Below, piece by piece: positions 38,896-48,940 of a DNA stretch of 64,000 nucleotides. This stretch comes from Patescibacteria group bacterium (GTDB lineage Bacteria; Patescibacteriota; JAHJAL01). Position 1 is the stretch's first letter. Each line of letters opens with the position of its first letter. The notes beneath the pieces were generated by a model. That model was not told where the DNA came from. It did not search any database and saw only the letters and a program-made list of their open reading frames with translations. Position numbers and translations under genes: made by a program. Where the stretch lies: contig JBMORM010000025.1 in NCBI GenBank assembly GCA_049322675.1, positions 128,520 through 192,519 of the forward strand, written 5' to 3'.

Positions 38896-39600
38896 AGATA
38901 TTTTTTGTTTATTAACTGGATGATTAAATATTAGTTGACTAGCTAGGAGCATGATGTTTTTTTGAGGTAGGGGTTGGGTGGCATTGTATTTAATATCTCC
39001 TAAAATAGGATGTCCTATATTTGATAACTGAACTCTTATTTGATGCGAGAGTCCGGTTTTGAGATTAATTTTTAAGATAGAATAGTGTTTGGAATTTAGA
39101 TAAAAATCTGATGTTTTGAAGTATTTTTTGTAGATTTTAACATTATTGGTAGCCAAAACAGTGTATTGCAGAATAGCAATTTTGGAATTTTGCTGTGGTT
39201 GTTTGCAGATTGTTGTTTTGTTGTTTTTGTTGTTTTTTTTGAGATAATTTTGGAGATTTTTGTTTTCCCCTATTTTCATTGATCCTTCAACAACAGCTAT
39301 GTAATTTTTGGTAATGTTTCTGTCCCTGAATTGTTTTGACATTCTAGAGGCTGCCTTTGATGTTTTTGCAAATAATATTATGCCACAAACCGGCCGATCA
39401 AGTCGATGCAGAAGCCCCAAATATACATTTCCTGGTTTATTGTATTTTGATTTTATATATTGCTTGGAAATTTTTATTAAGCTATTGTCTTTTGATATGT
39501 CGGTTTGGGTTGGCATATTGAATGGTTTAACAACTGCGAGCAAATGGTTGTCTTCAAAAAGTATCTTCAGTTTTTGTTTTGTTTGAGGATTGTTTTTCAT
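38878..39600 (-). CDS. RluA-family pseudouridine synthase, no S4 domain
   Basis: LFEDNHLLAVVKP, HRLDRPVCG, TGLSHQIRVQL, GHPILGDIKY. Confidence 0.9.
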   Translation of the reverse strand: MKNNPQTKQKLKILFEDNHLLAVVKPFNMPTQTDISKDNSLIKISKQYIKSKYNKPGNVYLGLLHRLDRPVCGIILFAKTSKAASRMSKQFRDRNITKNYIAVVEGSMKIGENKNLQNYLKKNNKNNKTTICKQPQQNSKIAILQYTVLATNNVKIYKKYFKTSDFYLNSKHYSILKINLKTGLSHQIRVQLSNIGHPILGDIKYNATQPLPQKNIMLLASQLIFNHPVNKQKISLQIPL

Positions 39601-39608
39601 AGGTTAAA

Positions 39609-39647
39609 AAAAGTATCAAGTTTTTGATAGAGGAACTTGATACTTTT
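39609..39647 (-). terminator. Intrinsic terminator after secF
   Basis: aaaagtatcaagtt / aacttgatactttt. Confidence 0.7.
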
Positions 39648-39674
39648 ATTATAATATCGGATTAGTGATTTGGT

Positions 39675-40715
39675 TTAGTTCTTTTTATTTCCAAGATAGT
39701 GCCAGGTAACTAATAATGGTGAAGCATTGAAGATTGATGAATATGTTCCTGATATTAAGCCGATTATAAGCGTAAGAACAAAGATTTTAATTGATTCTCC
39801 ACCAAATAGGTATAAGGCCAATAAAGTTACTATTACAGTGAGAGAGACGTTGAGAGAACGAACAAGAGTCTCGTTGATTGAAATGTTGACAACTTCGGCA
39901 AAGTTTTCTTTGGTATATTTGCGTAGATTTTCGCGAATTCGATCAAATACAACTATTGAGTCGTGGACGGAAAAGCTCATAACAGTTAGAATTGCCGGTA
40001 AGAAAAGAATATCTAGTTCAATGTGATAATAAGCGCCTAAAATAGAAAATACTCCTAAGACAAATAAAACATCGTGAAGTAGAGCAGCAACAGCACATAT
40101 TCCAAAACGCCAGGAACTGGTAGGAGCAGGTACGCCTCGGAAAGACCAAGCAAGGTATAGAATTATGCATATTGAGGCGATCACAACGGAAAGAAAGGTG
40201 TTTTGGGTAAGTTGATTACTGATGGTTGGGCCAATGGCTTCAAATCGCAGTTCTTTGACGTTGCCATATTTTTTTTGCAAAGTAGAAATGATTTGATTGT
40301 ATTTTTCTGATCCGCCTAGAATTTGGCTGGTTTGACTTTGATCTAAAGTGTTGGTTAAATCATTGTTTTGGGCATAAGCAACAGAATTGATGAAGCCGAG
40401 AGTATTGGTTTGAGAGGAATCATTTTCGCTTTTTGTTTGATTTTCTTCAACGGCTAAGGTGTCAGTGCGAATTATTATTTTGTTGTTACCGGAGGATTGC
40501 ACGACAAGATTGCCTAGGTTTAGGGGAGCGAGTGTTTCTCTAATTTCTTCGGTGTTGATATTACTTTGTTCTGTAAGTTGTAATTCCATTAGAGTTCCAC
40601 CTCGAAAATCAAGACCTAGTTTGAGTCCATTGAACATGAGTGAAATCAGTCCGGGAACGATCATGACAGCTGAGATTATGTACCATAAATTGCGACGACT
40701 GATAATTTGAAGCAT
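39675..40715 (-). CDS. secF: Protein translocase subunit SecF
   Basis: GLDFRGG, IGPTI, LLHDV, SVHDSIVVFDRIREN, GTYSSIF. Confidence 0.95.
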   Translation of the reverse strand: MLQIISRRNLWYIISAVMIVPGLISLMFNGLKLGLDFRGGTLMELQLTEQSNINTEEIRETLAPLNLGNLVVQSSGNNKIIIRTDTLAVEENQTKSENDSSQTNTLGFINSVAYAQNNDLTNTLDQSQTSQILGGSEKYNQIISTLQKKYGNVKELRFEAIGPTISNQLTQNTFLSVVIASICIILYLAWSFRGVPAPTSSWRFGICAVAALLHDVLFVLGVFSILGAYYHIELDILFLPAILTVMSFSVHDSIVVFDRIRENLRKYTKENFAEVVNISINETLVRSLNVSLTVIVTLLALYLFGGESIKIFVLTLIIGLISGTYSSIFNASPLLVTWHYLGNKKN

Positions 40716-40761
40716 AGAAGGTTAATAATGAATGAATAATTTTTTATTGATTGAAAAAAGG

Positions 40762-42030
40762 TTATTTTTGGATAATACCAAAGACCTTTGGGTTATCTGA
40801 ATTACTTAGGAATAACCTTAGGAAGGTACGAGTGATAGTGATTGCTGAAAAAAGACTGACGAGTACTCCGATGGCCAAGGTCAGGGAGAAACCTTTGATA
40901 GTGCCGGTGCCAAAATACCATAGGATAAAACAGGTAATAAGAGTGGAAAAGTTGGCATCTCTGATGGATGGCCAGGCACGTTTGAAACCGGCTTCGATGG
41001 CGGCGAGAAGTGAACGTCCGTCTCGTAATTCTTCTTTGGTTCTTTCGAAGATAAGTATATTGGCGTCAACAGCCATGCCAATAGAGAGAACAAAAGCGGC
41101 AACTCCAGCCAAGGTAATTGTAACAGGTATTAATTTGAAGATACTGATGGAAATTAGTATATATATTCCCAATGCGATGGTAGCTAGTATTCCTGGAATT
41201 CGATAGTTGATCAAGAGGAAAATAATAATTAGTAATAAGCCTATTAGACCAGCAACTAGACTTTTTTTCATAGCTTCGTTTCCGAGAGTAGCGCCGATGT
41301 TGGATTGAGCGATTAATTTGACGGGGACAGGTAGAGCGCCGGAGTTTAATTGTATTTCCAGTTCTTTGGCTTCGTCAACTGAAAAGTCGCCTTCAATAAT
41401 CGCGTTGCCGTCGGTGATTTCGGCTTGAACAGTTGGGGCTGAGATAATAATGTCATCAAGAAATATGGCAATTCGTTTATTTAGATTTTCTTTTGTTAGT
41501 TTTGCAAATAGTTCTTTTCCTTCAGCTTTAAATTCAAGCGATACGACTGGCTTTTGTTGCTGAGGATCGATATCAACCTTGGCCTTGTTTAGATTGGCGC
41601 CGGTTAGTTCGGTGTCTATCCAATCTGTACCTTCGGCATTTTCGGTTTTGAATTTTAATTGAGCTGTTTTTCCAATCAAATTTATAGCTTGATTGATATC
41701 ATTGACACCGGGTAGTTCGACAATGATTTTGTTGCCGCCACTGGATTGAATTAGTGGTTCTGATACTCCAAGTTGATTGATACGAAAATCTATAATATTG
41801 ATTACGCCTTGTACGGCTTCAGATTGTTGATTGGCGGGTATATTGGAAACGTCAGCTTGGTACGTCAATTGAGTCCCGCCTTTTAAGTCGAGACCTTCAT
41901 GAATATTTAATTCTTTGTAGATATTGAGTTGGGGAATGTTGATATTTGGTCCTTTTGGCCAAACTGCTAAGCCAGATAATACAGTGATAATAATAATCAG
42001 AATTGTGAATAGAAAGGTGTTATTTTGCAC
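40762..42030 (-). CDS. secD: Protein translocase subunit SecD
   Basis: GLDLKGG, GVSEP, LNSGALP, IGMAVDANILIFER.KEE. Confidence 0.95.
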   Translation of the reverse strand: MQNNTFLFTILIIIITVLSGLAVWPKGPNINIPQLNIYKELNIHEGLDLKGGTQLTYQADVSNIPANQQSEAVQGVINIIDFRINQLGVSEPLIQSSGGNKIIVELPGVNDINQAINLIGKTAQLKFKTENAEGTDWIDTELTGANLNKAKVDIDPQQQKPVVSLEFKAEGKELFAKLTKENLNKRIAIFLDDIIISAPTVQAEITDGNAIIEGDFSVDEAKELEIQLNSGALPVPVKLIAQSNIGATLGNEAMKKSLVAGLIGLLLIIIFLLINYRIPGILATIALGIYILISISIFKLIPVTITLAGVAAFVLSIGMAVDANILIFERTKEELRDGRSLLAAIEAGFKRAWPSIRDANFSTLITCFILWYFGTGTIKGFSLTLAIGVLVSLFSAITITRTFLRLFLSNSDNPKVFGIIQK

Positions 42031-42119
42031 AGATAGTATGGTTAATAATAAAACAGGAGACTATATATAATATTAGAAACTTTGAGTTAAAAAAGCAATA
42101 TCAGATTGGAGACTGATTT

Positions 42120-43190
42120 TTAGAGATAGTGGTTTAATTTTTTTTCTTTGAGGAGTTCGATTATTTTTTTAATATCGGCGGATTTGTTTTTTGGACAAAT
42201 AAGAGTAATATCTTCGGTATCGACAATGATCATATTTTCTACTCCGAGCGTGACGATTGGTTTTTTGGAGCCATAGATTAGCGAACCTTTTGTATCTATC
42301 GTAATTAGATCCCCTTTGGTAATATTTTTGTCTTCGTCTTCGGAAAGCATGTCTTTTAGAGCTCCCCAGTTGCCGATATCGTTCCAATTTAGATCAGCTG
42401 GGATAACTAAAAGATCATCTGATTTTTCCAGAATGCCATAATCTATGGAGATTTTTTTCAATTGACTGTAAAGTTTTTTGACGATTTTGTCTTCGTTTTT
42501 ATGACCGAGATATTCGTTGATTTCCATTAAAATTTTGTAGTTTTTTGGCATGTATTGGGCAATTTTTTCCATCATGACGTTGGCGGGATATATAAACATG
42601 CCGGCATTCCAGAAGTATTTCCAGCTTTTAACGTATTTTTTGGCAGTGGCAATGTCTGGTTTTTCTACAAATTTTTTTACATTGAATACTTTGTATTTTT
42701 CTATACTTTTGGCTGATTTACTTATATTGATATAACCGAATTCAGTGGCTGGTCGGGTTGGTTTGATGCCTAAGATTACGATTTTTTTGTCTCTATTGGC
42801 CAATTCACCAGCTTTCTCTAATATTTCTCGAAATTTTTTTTCTTTGCCGATGTAATGATCAGCAGAGAGAATGGCAATAGTGGCATTGGGGTCAAGTTTT
42901 GAAATTCGTAATGTAGTTAAACCAATGCAGGCGGCGGTATCTTGTATCGATGGTTCGGAAAAAATATTTTCTGACGGAAAATTTGGTATCTGTTTTTTGA
43001 TTAATTCAACGTAGTTTTGGTTGGTAGCAATAAAAATATTTTTTAAAGGAAATTTGGGAGTGACTCTATCGATGGTGTCTTTAAGAAGGCTTTGGTTGGT
43101 AACCAAATTAAAAAGTTGTTTGGGACGATCGTGACGGCTCATGGGCCAAAGTCGTGTTCCCTGTCCCCCAGCCATAATTATAATATACAT
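42120..43190 (-). CDS. manC: Mannose-1-phosphate guanylyltransferase
   Basis: MAGGQGTRLWPMSR..PKQ, SADH, FVEKPD, WNAGMF, SIDYGILEK, WNDIGNW. Confidence 0.92.
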   Translation of the reverse strand: MYIIIMAGGQGTRLWPMSRHDRPKQLFNLVTNQSLLKDTIDRVTPKFPLKNIFIATNQNYVELIKKQIPNFPSENIFSEPSIQDTAACIGLTTLRISKLDPNATIAILSADHYIGKEKKFREILEKAGELANRDKKIVILGIKPTRPATEFGYINISKSAKSIEKYKVFNVKKFVEKPDIATAKKYVKSWKYFWNAGMFIYPANVMMEKIAQYMPKNYKILMEINEYLGHKNEDKIVKKLYSQLKKISIDYGILEKSDDLLVIPADLNWNDIGNWGALKDMLSEDEDKNITKGDLITIDTKGSLIYGSKKPIVTLGVENMIIVDTEDITLICPKNKSADIKKIIELLKEKKLNHYL

Positions 43191-43229
43191 TTTTTGGAAT
43201 TTAAAAAATAAAAAAGTACTGTTTTTTTA

Positions 43230-44192
43230 TTATACCTGTTTTTTGAGGTGCGATAAAATTTTTTCAAAATCCTTTGGCGGGTTGATTTTAAAAATGAGTT
43301 TTTTCTTGTCACGCGGATTTGAGATTTTAAGATAGTAGGCATGAAGCAATTGTCGGTTGATTTCTAGCATTTGAGATATTTGTTTTGATTCTTTTGTACA
43401 ATAGGTTTGGTCGCCGATGATTGGCATATTCTCTGATAGGAGATGCACTCTAATTTGATGGGTGCGTCCGGTTTTTAAATTGATATCAATTAAGCTAAGG
43501 TTGTTATTTTTGTAATTAAAATTTTTGATAATTTTGTATTCTGTTGTGGCGGTTTTGCCTTTGCCAAGATGGGTAGTGATAAATTTTTGGCGGTGATGAG
43601 GATCGCGGCAGATATTTTTTGTGATCACTCCCCTACTCTTTCGATTGTTATTGATAATTAGGGCGTAATATTTTTTGATCCAATGTCGATTTTTGATTTC
43701 ATCCTGAAAAAAATTGAGAGAATTTTGATTTTTGGCAATTAGAATCAAGCCGGATGTATCTTTGTCTAAACGATGAACTATCCCGGGACGAAATATATTG
43801 TTTATGGGTTTGAAATTGGCAAATTTGGGATAGTGATAAAGGATAATATTGATCAATGTGTCGTTTTGGTGACCATGACTGGTGTGAACCGGTAAGAAAG
43901 GTGGTTTATTGATTAGAAGAAAATCTGTATTTTCAAATATAATATCGAGATTCCCTTTTTGGGGTTCTATTTTTAGTATTTCGGTTTTGGGAATAATGAT
44001 TGTTATTTTTTCGTTTTGTTTTATTTTGTGACTATTTTTATTGATAATTTTATTGTTTATCGAAACTTGTTTGTTTTTGATTAAACTGCCAATAAAAGAT
44101 CTGGAGTATTCAGGCAGTTGGTTGGAAATTTCTTTGTCTAAACGATTATTTATTTGAGCAATGATTTTGATTATTTTTGGTTTCTTTGTCAT
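43230..44192 (-). CDS. rluD: RluD-like pseudouridine synthase with S4 domain
   Basis: RLDK..SRS S4 domain; RPGIVHRLDKDTSGL; TGRTHQIRVH. Confidence 0.8.
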   Translation of the reverse strand: MTKKPKIIKIIAQINNRLDKEISNQLPEYSRSFIGSLIKNKQVSINNKIINKNSHKIKQNEKITIIIPKTEILKIEPQKGNLDIIFENTDFLLINKPPFLPVHTSHGHQNDTLINIILYHYPKFANFKPINNIFRPGIVHRLDKDTSGLILIAKNQNSLNFFQDEIKNRHWIKKYYALIINNNRKSRGVITKNICRDPHHRQKFITTHLGKGKTATTEYKIIKNFNYKNNNLSLIDINLKTGRTHQIRVHLLSENMPIIGDQTYCTKESKQISQMLEINRQLLHAYYLKISNPRDKKKLIFKINPPKDFEKILSHLKKQV

Positions 44193-45169
44193 ATATTTTG
44201 CAAAATTGATCTAAGTTCCGATGTGTTGTTGCATAGGTATAGTTTTTGTCGAATTTCAGTAGCATTGGGAATATTTTTGATGTACCAGCCGAAATGTTTT
44301 CTCATCTGAATAATTGCTTGTTCGTCGGCAGATTTACGGTGATCTTTTCTTAATGATAATTCTTTGATTAATAAATTGGTGTGTGTCAGAATTATTTTTT
44401 TTATTTTTTTGATATTGGTTTTGGGTCTGATTTTTTTTCCCAGTAGTAGTTTTTTTATTTGTTCAAAAATCCAGGGTTGACCAAGAGCGCCGCGGCCAAT
44501 CATGATGCCGCTGGGAGTGTATTTTTTGATATATTTTATTGCTTGTTGCGGATCGATTATGTCCCCATTGCCGATGACTGGTATATTTAGTTTGTCAGCA
44601 ATTGTTTTAATGTAATCCCAGTCGCTAGAACCGGCGTATTGTTGTTTAACGGTACGTCCGTGAAGGGTGAGACAGTCAATATCTGTTTTTTTTATTATGT
44701 TTTGATAGAAAGATGGTGGAAGTTTTTTGTCGTATCCAATTCTGGTTTTTAGTGATACTGGGATATTGACTGATTTTTTGAGGGCAGATAATATTTCTAT
44801 CAGTTTGTCGGGGTCTTGCAGTAGTTTGCCGCCATTACCTGAAGCCAGCATACTGCGGGCTGGGCAGCCGCAATTGAAATCGAGACCGTCGGCGCCGTTT
44901 TTTTCTAATTCTTGTGCGATAGTAATTGTTTCTGGAATAGTATGTCCGAATACTTGGACAATGATTGGTTTTTCGTATTTGGTAAAGTATGTTTTATTGA
45001 TTGTTTTTTTGTTTTGGTATTTTAAACCCATTGAAGAAACCATTTCGGTAAAAACAACATCGGCGCCAAATTTCTTTAGAATTCGGCGTTGTGAACTATT
45101 GGTTATGCCATGGAGAGGGGCGGCACATAGTATAGGATGGTTTTGGTCCCATGTAAATTTTGTTTTCAT
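44189..45169 (-). CDS. dusB: tRNA-dihydrouridine synthase
   Basis: FTEMVS, DFNCGCP, LHGRT, PVIGNGDI, MIGRGALGQPW, MRKHFGWY. Confidence 0.88.
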   Translation of the reverse strand: MKTKFTWDQNHPILCAAPLHGITNSSQRRILKKFGADVVFTEMVSSMGLKYQNKKTINKTYFTKYEKPIIVQVFGHTIPETITIAQELEKNGADGLDFNCGCPARSMLASGNGGKLLQDPDKLIEILSALKKSVNIPVSLKTRIGYDKKLPPSFYQNIIKKTDIDCLTLHGRTVKQQYAGSSDWDYIKTIADKLNIPVIGNGDIIDPQQAIKYIKKYTPSGIMIGRGALGQPWIFEQIKKLLLGKKIRPKTNIKKIKKIILTHTNLLIKELSLRKDHRKSADEQAIIQMRKHFGWYIKNIPNATEIRQKLYLCNNTSELRSILQNI

Positions 45170-45189
45170 GCTTATATTATATTACACAT

Positions 45190-45218
45190 AAAAACACCAC
45201 TCTATAGATGTGGTGTTT
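45190..45218 (-). terminator. Intrinsic terminator
   Basis: Minus strand aaacaccac-atctataga-gtggtgttt plus further U residues. Confidence 0.75.
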
Positions 45219-45395
45219 GGAAGGGTATCAACGTACGACACTCCGCTTGGTTAACTGTTTGTCAAAACAGCCAATTGGACACTTCGCCTTGTTAAACTTT
45301 ATCCATTCAACCCGAACATTGAGATTACTCTCGAATAGTTGGCCGATGAAAATCAGCGCTATTACAATCCAACCTTGTAAAGGATAGGTATGTTT
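45190..45395 (-). ncRNA. Putative structured non-coding RNA of about 200 nt, family not recognised
   Basis: GC-richer gap with several stems that need G-U pairs on - only; promoter at 45402-45430; terminator at the 3' end. Confidence 0.55.
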
Positions 45396-45401
45396 AGGTT
45401 T

Positions 45402-45430
45402 ATTATAAACTATTTTTTAGTAATTGATAA
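45402..45430 (-). promoter_or_regulatory. Putative sigma70 promoter overlapping the cysS stop
   Basis: Minus strand TTATCA-17 nt-TATAAT. Confidence 0.5.
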
Positions 45431-46821
45431 CCGGAAGAGGTATCTTCGATAGAATAACCGGCTTTTTCTATGGCTTGTCTGAATTCATCAGCTTTTTCAA
45501 AATCTTTTTTTTGTCTGGCTTGTTCGCGTTTTTCGGCTAGGTCTTTTATTTTTTTTGGGATAACAATTTTTTTAGGCAAAGCAACAAATAAAACACCGAG
45601 AACTTGATCGTATTTTTCCAGTAGTTCTAAGGTTTTTTCGGCAATACGCTGACCGATTTTATTGTCGTCTATTAGAATATTTATTTTTTTGATTAGATTG
45701 TGCATGACGGCTAGGGCTTTAGGGGTGTTCAAATCGTCTTCGATAGCGTCAAAAAATTGGTCCTCGGATGAAACGAAAAGACTTTCATAGCTGTTGGCAG
45801 GAATATTGGGAATATCATTTTTGACGTTTCGTAAGCGAATAATAAAGTTATCGATGTTTTTTAGTACATTATGGGCGGCTTGTAGGCTATCCCAGGTAAA
45901 ATTCATTTTGGAACGGTAGTGACATCCGAGATATAGATATCTTAAATCTCGACCAGAATATTTTTTTTCCTTGATATCTCTAAGATTGTAAAAATTGTTG
46001 AGACTTTTGCCCATTCTTTGGCCGTTGATGAGAACGTGTTCGTTGTGGAGCCAATATTTAACAAACTGATGTCCAGAATAACATTCTGATTGAGCAATTT
46101 CGTTTTCGTGATGTGGAAAAACCAAATCAATACCGCCGGTATGAATATCGATAGTTTCGCCGAGATTTTTCATGCTCATAGCTGAGCATTCTATGCTCCA
46201 TCCTGGTCGGCCGTCGCCGAATGGAGATGGCCAAAAATTTTCTCCGTCTTCGGGAGTTTTGCTTTTCCAGAGAACAAAATCGGCGGCGTTATCTTTGTCG
46301 TATTCCTGGTGATCAACCCTAAATCCGATTTTTAGGCCGCTTTTGTCGAGGTGTGCCAATTTGCCATAGTCAGGGAATTTGAGAATGGAAAAATAAACAG
46401 ATCCATCTTGCCCGACATAAGCGAATTTTTTATCAATCAATTTTTGAATTATTGTTATTATTTCGTCGATGTATTCTGTGGCAGGGGTAAAAGTCGGAGG
46501 TATTGTGTTTAGTTCTTGCAAATCTTGTTTGAAAGCGTCGATATATGTTTTTGTAAAATCTTTTAAAGAGATTTTTTGGGTTTGGCTGGCTTTGACTGTT
46601 TTGTCGTCGATGTCGGTTAGATTCATTACTTGTTTGACTGAATATTTTTTGTATTCAAGATAACGGCGTAATACGTCGGGGAAAATATAGGCGAAGAGAT
46701 TGGCTATGGTAACGTAATTGTAGACTGTTGGTCCACAGATATACATCTTCACTTCGTTTTCTGTGATGGGAATAAATTCTTCTTTTTGGCGAGTGAGGGT
46801 GTTGTATAGTTTGAGAGTCAT
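45403..46821 (-). CDS. cysS: Cysteine--tRNA ligase
   Basis: YICGPTVY, DFVLWK, GRPGWSIECSAM, DIHTGGIDLVFPHHENEIAQ, RMGKSLNN. Confidence 0.96.
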   Translation of the reverse strand: MTLKLYNTLTRQKEEFIPITENEVKMYICGPTVYNYVTIANLFAYIFPDVLRRYLEYKKYSVKQVMNLTDIDDKTVKASQTQKISLKDFTKTYIDAFKQDLQELNTIPPTFTPATEYIDEIITIIQKLIDKKFAYVGQDGSVYFSILKFPDYGKLAHLDKSGLKIGFRVDHQEYDKDNAADFVLWKSKTPEDGENFWPSPFGDGRPGWSIECSAMSMKNLGETIDIHTGGIDLVFPHHENEIAQSECYSGHQFVKYWLHNEHVLINGQRMGKSLNNFYNLRDIKEKKYSGRDLRYLYLGCHYRSKMNFTWDSLQAAHNVLKNIDNFIIRLRNVKNDIPNIPANSYESLFVSSEDQFFDAIEDDLNTPKALAVMHNLIKKINILIDDNKIGQRIAEKTLELLEKYDQVLGVLFVALPKKIVIPKKIKDLAEKREQARQKKDFEKADEFRQAIEKAGYSIEDTSSGYQLLKNSL

Positions 46822-46837
46822 GATAGTATTTTAATTT

Positions 46838-47428
46838 TTAATTTCTATTGTCCATAGCTTTGGTAAGAGTTATTTCGTCTGTGTATTCCAAGTCTACGCC
46901 CATGGGGATTCCAAAAGCCAGACGGCTGATTTTTATTGGGTATTGTTCGAGGATTTTGAAAATGTATGTAGCCGTGGCTTCTCCTTCCAAGGTGGGATTG
47001 GTGGCAATGATTACTTCTTTGATAATATCGTTTCCGGCTCTATTTTTTAATTTTTCCAAGGTTAGGTGTTCTGGTCCGATGCCGTCGATTGGCGATAGAG
47101 CTCCATGCAAAACGTGATATAAACCATTGTAATGTGTTTTTTCGATGGCAAGAATATCTAGTGGTTGTTCGATAACGCAAATGATTGATTGGTCACGTTT
47201 GTCGTTTTGACAAATATGGCAGGGATTTGTTTCGGAATAATTGAAACACAATTGGCAGAGTTGAAGATTTTTTTTAAGGTTTGTTAGCGCATTTCCAAAA
47301 TCGATAGTTTCTTGTTCTGGTTTGTGAAGAAGATAATAAGTTAGGCGGCTGGCGGTTTTTTGTCCAATTCCAGGCAATTTGGCAAAGTGATTGATAAGGT
47401 TGTTGATTGATTGAGGAATGTGGGACAT
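46838..47428 (-). CDS. recR: Recombination protein RecR
   Basis: LPGIGQKTA.R, C4 zinc finger, YHVLHGALSPIDG, ATNPTLEGEATA; ATG 47428. Confidence 0.96.
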   Translation of the reverse strand: MSHIPQSINNLINHFAKLPGIGQKTASRLTYYLLHKPEQETIDFGNALTNLKKNLQLCQLCFNYSETNPCHICQNDKRDQSIICVIEQPLDILAIEKTHYNGLYHVLHGALSPIDGIGPEHLTLEKLKNRAGNDIIKEVIIATNPTLEGEATATYIFKILEQYPIKISRLAFGIPMGVDLEYTDEITLTKAMDNRN

Positions 47429-47429
47429 A

Positions 47430-47510
47430 TTTTCAATTTCCAATTTTCAATTTCCAATTTTCAATTTCCAATTTTCAAATATATTTTGAAAAATAATTTG
47501 GATATTGAAC
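47430..47510. repeat. Heptamer tandem array with a degenerate inverted arm
   Basis: (ttttcaa tttccaa)x3 ttttcaa, then atatattttgaaaaataatttggatattgaac. Confidence 0.8.
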
Positions 47511-47514
47511 AATA

Positions 47515-48777
47515 TTATTTGACGTTAATATTTAAAAATACACCTTGATCTTCCATCCAAGTGGCGCCTTCGGCTACCAGTTGAAAATATTCGGTAAAAA
47601 CTCCGGTTTGATTGGGTGCTAGGATTTCAAATTCAAAAGTTCCGGTTTCGCCAGGAGCGACTGATGTTTCTTTGAGATTTGTTAATCTATTGTTGGCTAA
47701 CCATGAATTTGGATTGTAAAATATACTGCTGCGATCTTTTTGGTGACTGGTGGCTAAACGGATTGGATTGACCCCTGAATTGTACCAAGTGCGGCTGCCA
47801 GTATTTCGATATTTAATTTCCAGTTTTGTGGTTTGATTTTTGTTGACTACTGGATAATCTGATTGACTAACCCATTGACTACTGTATTCTGGTTGCCAGA
47901 CTTTTATATACCAGACAATATCAATATCATTGAACCAGGAGTGATTTTCAGCTACTAGTCTAAAATGTTCTTCATAATCTTTCTGTTGATTGGGGGCAGT
48001 GATGGAGAAATTGAAAGTAGTTTCTTGATTATTGGCAATACCGTTTGTACTTAATTTGGTTGGACGATTGGATCCTATCCAAGTGTTGTTGCTGAACGAA
48101 GAAAGACGATCACGCGGACTGTCTGTGCCCAGATGGATTGGATATAGGCCTTCCTTGTACCACCAATTTTTTCCTGTGTTTTTGACTTTTACCCAAACGT
48201 TGACAGTTTCTCCTGGTTTCAAGGTGAGATATTGCGGGGATTGATCTATGATGGTTGCATCATAGTCAGGTGGATTGAAAACTGCTTGTACACCGGAGGT
48301 ATCATGGATAATAACTGGTGTTCCGTTTGGAGCCCAATCATATAGCCAGGCGGCGTTGGTGAGAGACAAACGAACGCAACCGTGACTTACTCTAATGCCC
48401 AAATGGTTTTCTCCTTCATAAACATTTCCCCAGGAGTATTTCCAATATGGTAAGCCATGTATGCCGTAGCCACCATCGGGGGTAATGGCCATCCAGTTGG
48501 GCATGTATAGGTCATAGAGAGTGGAATAGGCATCTGAAATGTGGTTGTATATTTTATGAGTGCCAATAGGTGTAGGCATATTCCAGGTGCCGGTGGAAAC
48601 GGGAAATTTGTTGATGATTTGGTAATTTTCAATGACGGTCATTTGTTGGTCCGGGATTGATATGTCGATTACTTTGCCCCCGCCTGCTTTGACTTTTTCT
48701 ATCTCAAAAACATTTGGAATAGAAAAAGTAAAGGCAAGTGCGATAATAAGCAGGACCAGGCTCGATTTTTTTTCCAT
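47515..48777 (-). CDS. L,D-transpeptidase (YkuD) with two C-terminal NBR1-like Ig domains
   Basis: FPVSTG..PTP.G, YGIHG, SHGCVRL; two V.NTG..W..P.L.T..DR.S units. Confidence 0.9.
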   Translation of the reverse strand: MEKKSSLVLLIIALAFTFSIPNVFEIEKVKAGGGKVIDISIPDQQMTVIENYQIINKFPVSTGTWNMPTPIGTHKIYNHISDAYSTLYDLYMPNWMAITPDGGYGIHGLPYWKYSWGNVYEGENHLGIRVSHGCVRLSLTNAAWLYDWAPNGTPVIIHDTSGVQAVFNPPDYDATIIDQSPQYLTLKPGETVNVWVKVKNTGKNWWYKEGLYPIHLGTDSPRDRLSSFSNNTWIGSNRPTKLSTNGIANNQETTFNFSITAPNQQKDYEEHFRLVAENHSWFNDIDIVWYIKVWQPEYSSQWVSQSDYPVVNKNQTTKLEIKYRNTGSRTWYNSGVNPIRLATSHQKDRSSIFYNPNSWLANNRLTNLKETSVAPGETGTFEFEILAPNQTGVFTEYFQLVAEGATWMEDQGVFLNINVK

Positions 48778-48864
48778 TGTAGTTTTCTCTTTTTTATAGA
48801 TATAATTTGTAGTTTAATTTTATTCTATACTGTCACACAACTTAATAGCAAATAATTCTTTGTA

Positions 48865-48905
48865 TGCCAAAATTACCCCTGGTTGGAATTGGGGTAATTT
48901 TGGCA
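48865..48905. terminator. Perfect 15-bp stem hairpin, probable terminator of the 85-aa gene
   Basis: tgccaaaattacccc / ggggtaattttggca; no strong U-tract. Confidence 0.55.
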
Positions 48906-48940
48906 AGGGTAATTGCTGCAAAAAATACTATGGAATTGTT

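Noticed and set aside
40751-41206. Long antisense ORFs opposite secD, secF, dusB and transketolase
   Set aside because: Antisense shadows of well-supported genes with no motifs of their own
45298-45388. SAM-I riboswitch on + strand (ttatc...ggccgatgaa...gatag)
   Set aside because: Lacks the AGA/GAGGGA and GCAACC core, has no downstream + gene, and G-U pairs favour the - strand
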